A stretch of DNA of 64,000 nucleotides from Terriglobia bacterium (GCA_965218585.1 CBDCLE010000026.1:288001-352000); one strand, 5' to 3'; counted from the stretch's first letter, positions 10,750-19,872 are shown. Made by a program: numbers and translations. Notes: a model not told the origin generated them from the sequence alone.

Positions 10750-12486
10750 CCCGCATGTTTCACCAGTCCGGCGATCAGGGGGATTTGGGCAGTAAGAATC
10801 GGATTCGGGAGGATCTGGGTTCGAATTGGGCATGTGTGGCGTGACTCGCCGGTGTCGACAAGCGGGAGTTGCTGCGTTTTCGGGTTCAGAAGAGGGTGAC
10901 GAAACGCACTGAGACAAACCTCGGCGGAGCCGAAAAGAGCGAGTCGATTTTGGCGCAGGGGATCGGGTCGGTTCTCAGCAGCGCAGAGGAAGCGCCTGCA
11001 GGTTTCGATGGACGAGGGCAAAGACCTCGGCGTAGGGATAGGCTTCCGACATGGAGATCCAGATGTTGCGAACCGTCAGACGGACTTGAGCTCCGATCTT
11101 GAGGAGCTTCAAGCGGATCGTCTGGCACTGAGCGCGGGCCAGATCGGTATTCTTCAGTCCCAGACGGCGTAACGCGTGCAGGAGCATGTAGGCGGCCGAG
11201 GACAGATAGAGCCGGAGTTGATTGGCGCGCATGGTTGCCGCGCTGGTCCGGTCGGCGAATAGATCCAACTGCTGTTCCTTGATGCGATTTTCCATGTCGC
11301 CCCGCGCACAGTAAAAGTCTTCATAGAGGGCGCGGGCGTCCAGGCGTTCCGGCGACAGTGAGGTCACAACGAATCGAGGATTGGCGCCTTTCTCCAGGAA
11401 CTCGGCCTTGCCGATGACGCGTCGGGTGCAGGTCCAGCTCTTCCGAGTGCGATACCGGAAATCGTTAAACACCCGCGCCGGTTTCCCGGTGTCGTTAAAC
11501 TCGGCTTCGGCCTGACTCATCGATTCAGCGATCTCGCGCTTGAGCCGATCGTTCTTGGCCAGACCCACCACGTAATCGACCTGGTGGGCCTCGCACCAAC
11601 TCAGCAATTCATCCCGGCAAAAGCCCGAGTCGGCCCGGATGATAATCGACACCTCCGGCCAGCTCTGCCGGATCTGGCCGATGATGCGGTTCAATTCCTC
11701 GACGGCGCCGTCCGCACCGTCGACATTGGAGCACCGCAACCGGGCGCATAGCAGATGCTCTCCCGAAAAGATGTAGAGCGGCAGATAACAGTAGTTGCCG
11801 TAGTAGCCGTGAAAGAACCGTCCTTCCTGATGGCCATGGATCGGATCATCGGTCGCATCCAGGTCCAGAACAATCTCCTCGGGCGCCGATCCGTGAGCCG
11901 CCACAAATGCATCCACCATCCAGCGGTCGATCTTGTCCGGGTCCATGGCAATCTTCTTGTACCGCTCCTTCCCATCGACTTGCTCCCCGGTCAGTTCCAA
12001 CCGGTTCAGCGTACACTTGCCCGCCAACGCTTTTCCCCGGTCTCGGGCCTGCCGCCGCTTCTCCCCCAGTGGATCGGCCTTATCCACCGCCACGGCCAGC
12101 ATCGGATCGGTCCGCAGTTGGTCATGATCGTTCAGATCCTCGTAGCCCAGACAGAGTCCGTAGACGCGCTGCCCCAATAACTCGCTCACCGTGTGTTCGA
12201 TCAACCTCGCGTCCCGGTAATCCCTGAAACACTCGGCCAGTCCGGCGATCAGACCCGTTCGCTTTTCCACTTCCCTCAACAGCAGAACCCCAGCGTCGGA
12301 GGTGATCTTTCCGCCGTCAAAACGCGCCTTCACTTTTCGTTGAAGAAGTCCGTGAAATTCGAACGTCGTTTGGTTACACTCTGTTCTCATAAGGGCCGTC
12401 TCCGTTTGGCTTGTTAAACGTTTATTTCAAAACGCTTTATGCCAGACAGGGCGGCCTTTTCTGGTCCTATTGGTGAAATATGCGGG
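10750..12486 (-). mobile_element. IS1380 family insertion sequence
   Basis: Terminal inverted repeats CCCGCATGTTTCACCA (10750-10765) and TGGTGAAATATGCGGG (12471-12486), 15/16 match; flanked by CTAG at 10746-10749 and 12487-12490. Confidence 0.93.
10975..12390 (-). CDS. IS1380 family transposase
   Basis: FDGGKITSDAG, GYEDLNDHD, LDLDATDD, RADSGF and RGDMENRIKEQQ motifs. Confidence 0.95.
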   Translation of the reverse strand: MRTECNQTTFEFHGLLQRKVKARFDGGKITSDAGVLLLREVEKRTGLIAGLAECFRDYRDARLIEHTVSELLGQRVYGLCLGYEDLNDHDQLRTDPMLAVAVDKADPLGEKRRQARDRGKALAGKCTLNRLELTGEQVDGKERYKKIAMDPDKIDRWMVDAFVAAHGSAPEEIVLDLDATDDPIHGHQEGRFFHGYYGNYCYLPLYIFSGEHLLCARLRCSNVDGADGAVEELNRIIGQIRQSWPEVSIIIRADSGFCRDELLSWCEAHQVDYVVGLAKNDRLKREIAESMSQAEAEFNDTGKPARVFNDFRYRTRKSWTCTRRVIGKAEFLEKGANPRFVVTSLSPERLDARALYEDFYCARGDMENRIKEQQLDLFADRTSAATMRANQLRLYLSSAAYMLLHALRRLGLKNTDLARAQCQTIRLKLLKIGAQVRLTVRNIWISMSEAYPYAEVFALVHRNLQALPLRC

Positions 12487-12633
12487 CTAGCAGCCTGTGT
12501 AAGACACACCACTGTCGGCCCGAGTCCCGATTGATAGATTGAGTCGTTCCCGGTTCTCCTTCGAGGGAGAGGTTTGCTGTACACTCTCGTGTCAGCGAAG
12601 ACAGCAACCACTTTAGACATCCTCTCGAATGAC

Positions 12634-13881
12634 GTGAGAACAGACGCACTCCGAGCGGTCCGTCGACGCCTGCCCCTGGTACTGGCGGGAAATACCATCA
12701 TCAGGATTGCGGGCGGCGCAGGAGGCGTTCTGATCGGGCTCTATTTTTCCGATCTGGGAAACCGGGGCCAGGACGTGAACGCAATGGTCGTCGGCCTGCT
12801 TGGCGCGGTGACATACGGCACGGAACTCATCGGGGCAGTACCGATGGGCGTCCTGACCGACCGGTTATCCCCACGATTTCTGATGATTGCAGGAGGCCTG
12901 CTTGGCGCGACCGGAATGGGCCTGCTGGGATTTGTTCGACAGGTACCGGCGTTCTTCGTTTCACGAAGCCTCGAGGGAGGGGCGTGGGCAGCCAGCGCGA
13001 CATCGATCCTGGCCTACCTGACGGACCTGACCGAGGACGCAAAACATATTCGCGGCCGGGTTATGGCCATATTCGAAGTGACCCTCCTTACGGGGATCGC
13101 GCTCGGGGGGCCGGTCGGTGCAGGCCTCTGGCAGCGGCTGGGAACGACGGCGTTCGTCACCACAGCAGGTGTGTACCTGCTGAGTTCAGCCGTATTCTGG
13201 ATTGGAGCAAGGGGGAGTGAGAAACGGAGCACGGAAGAAGCCTTCGCCGGGCTCAGACACGCCTTCAACGAACCCTCGATACGAAGGCTTGCACCGGCCT
13301 GGCTAGCGATCAACGCCATTATCGGGATCTGGATGGGGCCCATGATCACCTTTCTGCTCACCTTCCGCCAGGAAGGTAGCCAGTACCTGAACGGGCTGTT
13401 CGCCGACAACCCCGAACAGGTGGGTTGGGTATTCCTGGCCTACACGCTGGTGTTTGGTCTTGGGGTGACAATCTGGAGCTTCTTTATCGACCGCCTCGAT
13501 AGAAAAACAGTCCTTTCAGCCTGCCTAACAGCCACCCTGGTCGTCTGCGGAGCACTATACCTGGTGAATCACACACCGGACCTGGGACCCGGACCTCGCG
13601 TGGGATTACTGGCTTTCCTGGCCCTGGCCCTTATGGTCGAAAGCGGATTCACACCTGCAGCACTGGCCTTGCTGGCCGACATCGTCGGTGGAGTCACCGG
13701 TCGTGGCGCAGCGATGGGCATCTACTCGGCGCTACTTGGAATCGGAGCCTTGATCGGCGCTCTGATTGCCAGTGTTCTGGGCGCCCAGTTTGGAATTGAC
13801 GGTCTGATCCACGGGACCGTCGCCCTCGTCGTTGTCGCGCTGATAACGATTCGCAATCTCTCTGTAAGAGGTTCGTCTTGA
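12634..13881 (+). CDS. MFS transporter
   Basis: About 12 hydrophobic segments; GVLTDRLSPR motif A; start GTG 12634 chosen (ORF is open from 12574); stop overlaps the next start (TTGA). Confidence 0.85.
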   Translation: MRTDALRAVRRRLPLVLAGNTIIRIAGGAGGVLIGLYFSDLGNRGQDVNAMVVGLLGAVTYGTELIGAVPMGVLTDRLSPRFLMIAGGLLGATGMGLLGFVRQVPAFFVSRSLEGGAWAASATSILAYLTDLTEDAKHIRGRVMAIFEVTLLTGIALGGPVGAGLWQRLGTTAFVTTAGVYLLSSAVFWIGARGSEKRSTEEAFAGLRHAFNEPSIRRLAPAWLAINAIIGIWMGPMITFLLTFRQEGSQYLNGLFADNPEQVGWVFLAYTLVFGLGVTIWSFFIDRLDRKTVLSACLTATLVVCGALYLVNHTPDLGPGPRVGLLAFLALALMVESGFTPAALALLADIVGGVTGRGAAMGIYSALLGIGALIGALIASVLGAQFGIDGLIHGTVALVVVALITIRNLSVRGSS

Positions 13882-15287
13882 CAGAATCCGAGTTCGACCT
13901 GGCGATCATCGGCGCCGGATCGGGCGGAATAACCGCGGCGAACTTTGCCGCGAAACTGGGAGCACGCACCGTTCTGGTTGAAAAGGGCCGGATCGGAGGG
14001 GATTGCACTTGGACGGGTTGCGTCCCGAGCAAAGCGCTCCTCAAGGCAGCTAGGGTGGCACACGAAGCACGCATCGCCTCCCGCTATGGCATCACCGTTT
14101 CTGCACCCGCAGTCGATATGGCCAGGGTCCGTGATTATGTGACCTCAGCCATCGAAAACGTCTACCAGTACGAGACACCGGAAACATTTGAACAGTCGGG
14201 TATCGAAGTGGTCAATGCACCGGCCCGATTCGTCGACGCTCGAACGATACGTGCCGGTGACCGTATGTTGAAGGCAAAAGCTTTTCTGATCACGACCGGT
14301 GCACGGCCGATGGTACCCCCTGTCCTGGGTCTGGACGAAACTCCTTTCGTCACCTATGAACAGATATTCGACAACGCACAACTGCCTCGGACAATGACGA
14401 TCATAGGAGCGGGGCCGATCGGGGTAGAAATGGCACAGGCCTACCAGCGGTTCGGTACCCGGGTCACGCTCATCGACATTGCGCTACTGCCGAGAGAAGA
14501 GCCTGAAGCACGAAGGATCATTCTGGAAACACTCCAGGGGGAAGGCGTTCGATATCTGGAAGGGTTGGCGACGAAGGTGTACCCCGACGGCGATGAGGTT
14601 GTCATCGAGACGGCGTCTGGTCAAACTCGTTCCCAACTCCTGCTTGTGGCCACAGGGCGGGCACCCAACGTCGATGGACTCGGCCTGGAGGAAGCCGGCG
14701 TCCGTTATTCAGCCAAAGGGATTGAAGTCGATGATCGACTGCGTACCAATGTCGCTCACATATATGCCGCCGGTGACGTGACAGGAGGTTACCAGTTCAC
14801 ACATTTTGCCGCATGGCAGGCCTTCCAGGCTGTCCGCAATGCCCTGCTGCCGGGTCACAGTTCCGGCTTCACACATAACGTTCCCTGGGTGACGTATACG
14901 GATCCGGAAGTCGCGCACGTTGGGCTCGGGGAGGAGGAAGCTCGTGAAAAGTTTCCCGATGCTATCCACGTCCACCGCCATGAAATGGACCACGTTGATC
15001 GCGCCGTCTGCGAAAACGACACGCGGGGATTTCTCAAGGTCGTGACGAAACCGGACGACACGATTCTGGGGGCCACCATCGTTGCGTCCCGGGCCGGTGA
15101 AGTCATCACCGAGTTCGTCATAGCGATCGACAACAAGCTACGTCTCAGTGACCTGGCCGGCACGATCCACCCCTATCCGACCTATTCGACCCCAGTGCAA
15201 CAACTGGGGGCGGATGTTGCGGTGGAACGGGCCCTGGAGGGCGCGCGGGGAAAAGTGATCCGGGGAATCTCGAAGTTGATCCGGTAA
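13878..15287 (+). CDS. pyridine nucleotide-disulfide oxidoreductase, mercuric-reductase-like (not canonical MerA or LpdA)
   Basis: GAGSGG FAD motif, GGDCTWTGCVPSK redox centre, IYAAGD, C-terminal HPYPT; no NmerA domain, no C-terminal CC. Confidence 0.88.
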   Translation: MTESEFDLAIIGAGSGGITAANFAAKLGARTVLVEKGRIGGDCTWTGCVPSKALLKAARVAHEARIASRYGITVSAPAVDMARVRDYVTSAIENVYQYETPETFEQSGIEVVNAPARFVDARTIRAGDRMLKAKAFLITTGARPMVPPVLGLDETPFVTYEQIFDNAQLPRTMTIIGAGPIGVEMAQAYQRFGTRVTLIDIALLPREEPEARRIILETLQGEGVRYLEGLATKVYPDGDEVVIETASGQTRSQLLLVATGRAPNVDGLGLEEAGVRYSAKGIEVDDRLRTNVAHIYAAGDVTGGYQFTHFAAWQAFQAVRNALLPGHSSGFTHNVPWVTYTDPEVAHVGLGEEEAREKFPDAIHVHRHEMDHVDRAVCENDTRGFLKVVTKPDDTILGATIVASRAGEVITEFVIAIDNKLRLSDLAGTIHPYPTYSTPVQQLGADVAVERALEGARGKVIRGISKLIR

Positions 15288-15328
15288 TACGTTCGAACGG
15301 GGGATTTATGACAAACCAACTATTATTA

Positions 15329-16786
15329 CTGTGTTACAAACGAAGCGGTCCACAGAACGGACAACGAGGAAGCTGCTGAATCAGGAAGCGGGCGATGCGA
15401 ATGCGAAGCGTGGCAATCGAGCAGGGGTTATGTCGTTCGGGCCGGATCCGGGGTTCCGCGGGGTTTGAAGTGTTTGGGGAGTTTGGGGACGGATAGTCCA
15501 ACATGCTCGACAAATGCAGAGGGGGAAAAACGGCTCCGCTCGGCGACCAGGAACCCATAAGAGGCAATACATAAGGTGCCATGATGGTGAAATCCACGCC
15601 AGCCGCGACCTTCGTAGTGTCCCAGACCGAGTTCCTGCTTGAGTTCCTGATAGTCGCGTTCGATGATCCAGCGCTGTTTGGCCTGACCGGCCAGATCGGA
15701 AAGCGAGGTATGGGCCCCAAGAGTGGAGAGCCAGTACCGGATCGGTTCGGATGCGGTCTTGGGCCACTCGACCAACAACCACTCTTTCGGATGCGGCGAG
15801 TGGCGCTCGTGATCCAGATGAGCGGGACGAATGCGAACTGCGGCGAAACGGGAACGCAGGGTCTCGGAGGTGCCTTCGCGCCAGGAGACGTTCTTCCAAC
15901 GCTGGGGAGACAACGAGAGGGCCAGTTGCTTGACCGAAACCGGTTGATGTTTCTTGTTGCGCTGCATGCGGGTCGGTGTCCGTCCGCGGCCGGTCAAGGA
16001 TTTCGGCGGCAAGGGACCCTGGCCCGGTTTCCACACGGTCGTGGTGCCTTGCACCCCTAGGACGTAGCTAAGTCCGAGTTCGGTGATGCCGTGCCGGAAC
16101 TTGTAGTTGTTGCCGTAGGCCGTATCGCCCAGAACCGGTGTCGGAGCAATGCCGTCATCGACGGCCTGCCGGATTTGTTCCAAAGCAATTTGAGGTTTAG
16201 TTTGAAATCGAACGTCTTCGGGAATAGCGGCTTTGCTTCGACGTTCCGGATCCTTCGCCCAGGTCTCGGGGAGGTAGAGTCGCCATGCCACCGGCAAGCT
16301 GGATTTCGCTGTCGCCACCGACAGGCTCACCGCCACCCGGCAGTTCTCAGGTTTGCCGACCTGTCCACAGTATTGCCGGGCCACACCCACCGAGTGGGTC
16401 CCCTTTTTCACGAATCCGGTGTCGTCGACAATCCAGGCTTCAATCGGACCGTTGGCTTCCATCGCCCCCAGCGCGTACTGTCGAACTTCTGCCAACAGAG
16501 CCGCATCGTCCCAGGGCGCATCCGCGACCAGATGATGTAGCGACTGGTGCATTCGGCGTACATTATCCGGAGCCAATCGTGCAGCCATCGGCTCCACACT
16601 CTTACGTTTGATCGGCAGCAACAACCCGGTGCAGTACGACTTCAACGGTTCATGACGATCGGCGTGTCCTGCGGCCGACGCCAGGCGTTCCAAATAGGCC
16701 GCAAAACGTTTTTCCTGAGTGCCTGGCGCCTTCGATTTGGCGCTCATGACCGGATGCTAACATAAAATAGACCGTTTGTAACATAG
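15329..16786 (-). mobile_element. IS701 family insertion sequence
   Basis: Inverted ends CTGTGTTACAAACG (15329-15342) and CGTTTGTAACATAG (16773-16786); TA on both sides; reconstructed target TTAG. Confidence 0.9.
15428..16747 (-). CDS. IS701 family transposase
   Basis: RKSVEPMA, IVDDTGFVKKG.HSVGVARQYCG, GDTAYG and RWIIERDYQELKQELGL motifs. Confidence 0.95.
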   Translation of the reverse strand: MSAKSKAPGTQEKRFAAYLERLASAAGHADRHEPLKSYCTGLLLPIKRKSVEPMAARLAPDNVRRMHQSLHHLVADAPWDDAALLAEVRQYALGAMEANGPIEAWIVDDTGFVKKGTHSVGVARQYCGQVGKPENCRVAVSLSVATAKSSLPVAWRLYLPETWAKDPERRSKAAIPEDVRFQTKPQIALEQIRQAVDDGIAPTPVLGDTAYGNNYKFRHGITELGLSYVLGVQGTTTVWKPGQGPLPPKSLTGRGRTPTRMQRNKKHQPVSVKQLALSLSPQRWKNVSWREGTSETLRSRFAAVRIRPAHLDHERHSPHPKEWLLVEWPKTASEPIRYWLSTLGAHTSLSDLAGQAKQRWIIERDYQELKQELGLGHYEGRGWRGFHHHGTLCIASYGFLVAERSRFSPSAFVEHVGLSVPKLPKHFKPRGTPDPARTT

Positions 16787-16788
16787 TA

Positions 16789-18288
16789 GTACTATCCGCG
16801 CCGCAGCCACTCGAGAAGAAGGACGCTGACTACATATTGTATGAATTCACACGCAGCATCTGCCCCGAATGCCGAAAGGTCATCGACGCCCAGGTTCTCT
16901 TGCGCGACAACAAGGTCTATATGCGCAAACGCTGCCCGGATTGCGGTCCGTTCGAGGGATTGGTTTATGGCGACGCCCAGATGTATGTCTCCCAGGCCAA
17001 ATACAACAGACCCGGCACTATTCCGTTGGAGTTTGGAACGGACGTCGAGGATGGGTGTCCACATGATTGCGGGCTGTGTCCCGATCATCAGCAACACGCC
17101 TGCCTTGGAATAATAGAAGTCAACAGCGCGTGCAACATGAACTGTCCGCTCTGCTTCTCTGAGGCGGGAGCAGGTTTCAGCCTCACGCTGGAAGAAGTGG
17201 AGAACATCCTGGACGACTTCGTCCGTACCGAAGGCGATCCTGAAGTCATACAGTTTTCCGGAGGAGAACCGACGATTCACCCCCAGATCATAGAGTTCAT
17301 CGCCGCGGCCAAGGCGCGAGGAATTTCCCTGGTTATGATCAACACGAACGGAAAACGAATCGCTGATGACGATGCGTTCCTGGAACAGCTCAAAGGGGCG
17401 CAGCCTTCCATTTATTTTCAGTTCGACGGGTTCGACAGCGAAACATACAGGATCATCTGGGGAGAACCCGACATTCTCGAACAGAAACTCCGGGCGCTGG
17501 ACAGGCTGGCGGAAATAGGACTCAGCGTAACGCTTGTCCCAGCAATTGAACGAGGCGTCAACGATCACGAGCTGGGAAGAATCATCGACCTGGCAATCAA
17601 ACATCCCGCGATCTGCGGCATAAACTTTCAGCCGGCGTTTCACGCAGGCCGCCACATGGCACACGACCCGATGGAACGCATGACCATCCCCGACGTCCTC
17701 AAACTGATCGAAGAGCAGACGAAGAAACAGTTCATGGTCAGCGATTTCGTACCGGTCCCCTGCTGTTTCCCCACGTGCAACTCGGTAACTTACGGATTCA
17801 TCGACGGGGACACGGTGACGCCGATACCCCGTGTCGTCAACGTGCACGACTATCTGGACTACATCACGAATCGCGCCCTGCCGGATTGGAATCAGGACGT
17901 GACCCGGGCACTGGAGGGCCTGTGGTCTTCCTCTTCGGTTCCCGGTTCAGACAAGTCGACCCAGCAGATTGCACTCTCTTGCGAGGCTTGTGGAATTCCC
18001 GAGTCGTTTGCCGTAGGTGACATCGCGGAACACGTCATCATGATCATGCTCCAGGACTTCATGGACCCATGGACATTCAATCAGAAGAACGTGATGAAGT
18101 GCTGCAAGGAATTCCTGCTGCCGGGCAGCAAGCAGATCCCGTTCTGCGCGTACAACACAATCGGCTATCGCGAACAGGCCCGAGAGCAGCTCGAAGCCAT
18201 GGAGCCCTTGCGCCTCGAAGCCCGCAGGGATGGCTCCCGCTACGAACCTCAACCGGTCAACTTCTCGTTCAGTAACGGTGACTCATGA
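16789..18288 (+). CDS. radical SAM enzyme of the Tes/GDGT-MAS (MJ0619-like) family; native first 7 codons (15308-15328) cut off by IS701
   Basis: N-terminal CPEC...CPDC, CPHDCGLCPDH auxiliary-cluster motif, CNMNCPLC SAM motif, FSGGEPT, YFQFDG, GINFQP, FMD...KCC...IPFCAYN; the ORF track starts it at TTG 16837. Confidence 0.85.
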   Translation, partial: VLSAPQPLEKKDADYILYEFTRSICPECRKVIDAQVLLRDNKVYMRKRCPDCGPFEGLVYGDAQMYVSQAKYNRPGTIPLEFGTDVEDGCPHDCGLCPDHQQHACLGIIEVNSACNMNCPLCFSEAGAGFSLTLEEVENILDDFVRTEGDPEVIQFSGGEPTIHPQIIEFIAAAKARGISLVMINTNGKRIADDDAFLEQLKGAQPSIYFQFDGFDSETYRIIWGEPDILEQKLRALDRLAEIGLSVTLVPAIERGVNDHELGRIIDLAIKHPAICGINFQPAFHAGRHMAHDPMERMTIPDVLKLIEEQTKKQFMVSDFVPVPCCFPTCNSVTYGFIDGDTVTPIPRVVNVHDYLDYITNRALPDWNQDVTRALEGLWSSSSVPGSDKSTQQIALSCEACGIPESFAVGDIAEHVIMIMLQDFMDPWTFNQKNVMKCCKEFLLPGSKQIPFCAYNTIGYREQAREQLEAMEPLRLEARRDGSRYEPQPVNFSFSNGDS

Positions 18289-19094
18289 AGGAAACCATCG
18301 ATCTGGTAACGACAGCCGAAGAAATCAAGTCCTGCTGCGCACAGCTCTATGAACAGGATTTCGTTCGGATCCTCCTCGGTGACTCATTTCATCCCGGCGG
18401 TCTCGACCTGACGACGCAGTTGGGCCGTGCGATGGGTCTCAAACCGGAACTGAGAGTCCTGGACGTGGCTTCGGGCACGGGCACCAGCGCGCTACATATC
18501 ACGAAAACGTTCGGCTGTGAGGTGGTCGGTGTCGATTACGGGAAGGAGAACGTCCGCGTCGCGAACGAGGAAGCAGCCCGGCGTGGACTTAGCGATCGCG
18601 TCCGGTTCGAACACGGCGACTCAGAGCGTCTGCCTTTTGGAGACACCTCGTTCCACGCCATCGTGTGCGAATGTGCGTTCTGTACGTTTCCCGACAAAGC
18701 CGTGGCCGCCGGGGAGTTCTATCGCGTCCTCGGCCCGGGTGGTCGCGTAGGTCTCGGCGACATTACCCGAAGCGATACGCTTGCAGCCGAACTCCGTTCA
18801 TTGATGGCGTGGGTCGCCTGCATCGCTGACGCTCAACCGGTAGCTGGCTACCAGGAAAGACTTACGGCGGCCGGTTTCCGTATGGACTCGGTTACCCCTC
18901 ACGACGATGCGCTCACTGAAATGGTAAATCAGATTCGTGGGAAACTACTCGGACTGGAGATTGCGGTTGGCCTCAAGAAGATCGACCTGCCGGAAGTGGA
19001 CTTCACGAGCGCAAAAAACATGGCAAGGGCGGCTCTTGAAGCGATCAGTCGAGGTCAGTTGGGATACGCGCTCCTGACAGCGACCCGCCTGTAG
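18285..19094 (+). CDS. class I SAM-dependent methyltransferase, Cys-rich (ArsM-like)
   Basis: VLDVASGTG motif I; KSCCA, VCECAFC and WVACIADA; ATGA overlap with the radical SAM gene. Confidence 0.8.
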   Translation: MKETIDLVTTAEEIKSCCAQLYEQDFVRILLGDSFHPGGLDLTTQLGRAMGLKPELRVLDVASGTGTSALHITKTFGCEVVGVDYGKENVRVANEEAARRGLSDRVRFEHGDSERLPFGDTSFHAIVCECAFCTFPDKAVAAGEFYRVLGPGGRVGLGDITRSDTLAAELRSLMAWVACIADAQPVAGYQERLTAAGFRMDSVTPHDDALTEMVNQIRGKLLGLEIAVGLKKIDLPEVDFTSAKNMARAALEAISRGQLGYALLTATRL

Positions 19095-19147
19095 GTGCGG
19101 TCATGACCGCACGTTCCGCTCTGTGCGCTCATAGAGCGCACCTACAG
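19089..19147. repeat. GTAG-type REP doublet (REPIN)
   Basis: CTGTAGGTGCGGTCATGACCGCAC...GTGCGCTCATAGAGCGCACCTACAG; supplies the TAG stop of the methyltransferase. Confidence 0.85.
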
Positions 19148-19154
19148 TAAGAAT

Positions 19155-19859
19155 TCAGTCCTTCGGATTAGTCGCAAAGATCGTCAATTCTGTCGTGAAC
19201 CCGCGACCGTCCATTTCCAGGACGGCTTTTACCATGTGTGCGATGTCTTCGGCGTGAAGCTTCGTCGGGTTCTCTTTCTGATCACGGCCCGCCGTGGCCG
19301 CAAAGTTCGTAAGGACCTCGCTGGGGTTGATCAGGAACACGCGAACATTGTGAGGCCGCAATTCGGCACGCCAGCATTCAGTCATACCCCGAAGAGCAAA
19401 CTTACTCGCGTAGTAGACCGACCCGTTGGGACTGCCTTTCAACGCAGACGTCGATGCGATGTTGACGATGTTACCCTGCCCTCGCGATACGAAATGACGG
19501 GCCGCCTCGCGTCCCATCAACATTGCACCGGTTACGTTCGTCTGAAAGACGGAATCGAACTCCGCACGATCTGTATCCACCAGCGGCCTGAAGATCCCAT
19601 AGCCTGCATTGTTGACCAGTATGTCCAGGTGTCCGAAGGCCTCGAACACCTCCTGATACGTCCGCTCGACGTCTGCTTCGCTTGTGACGTCGGCCTGAAT
19701 CGGGACGGCGTTCAGAGCCTGGGCCGTCTCTTCGAGCCGCTCCGTGTTTCGCCCTGTAACGGCGACGCGTGCGCCGGCCCTTGTTAGAGATTCGGCGATG
19801 GCGCGGCCTATGCCGTTGGTTCCGCCCGTGATCAAAACACTAGCGTTCTCGAGGTTCAT
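19155..19859 (-). CDS. SDR family oxidoreductase
   Basis: TGGTNGIG, NNAG and YYASK motifs. Confidence 0.92.
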   Translation of the reverse strand: MNLENASVLITGGTNGIGRAIAESLTRAGARVAVTGRNTERLEETAQALNAVPIQADVTSEADVERTYQEVFEAFGHLDILVNNAGYGIFRPLVDTDRAEFDSVFQTNVTGAMLMGREAARHFVSRGQGNIVNIASTSALKGSPNGSVYYASKFALRGMTECWRAELRPHNVRVFLINPSEVLTNFAATAGRDQKENPTKLHAEDIAHMVKAVLEMDGRGFTTELTIFATNPKD

Positions 19860-19872
19860 CGGTAAGCCTCTT

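Noticed and set aside
13878-15287. merA or lpdA assignment
   Set aside because: It lacks the C-terminal CC and NmerA domain of MerA, has HPYPT rather than the LpdA HPTxxE, and has no mer or pdh neighbours.
16837-18288. moaA, arsS or 'pterin dimethyltransferase' label
   Set aside because: The motif order matches the Tes/MJ0619 family; the dimethyltransferase name is a legacy annotation of that family.
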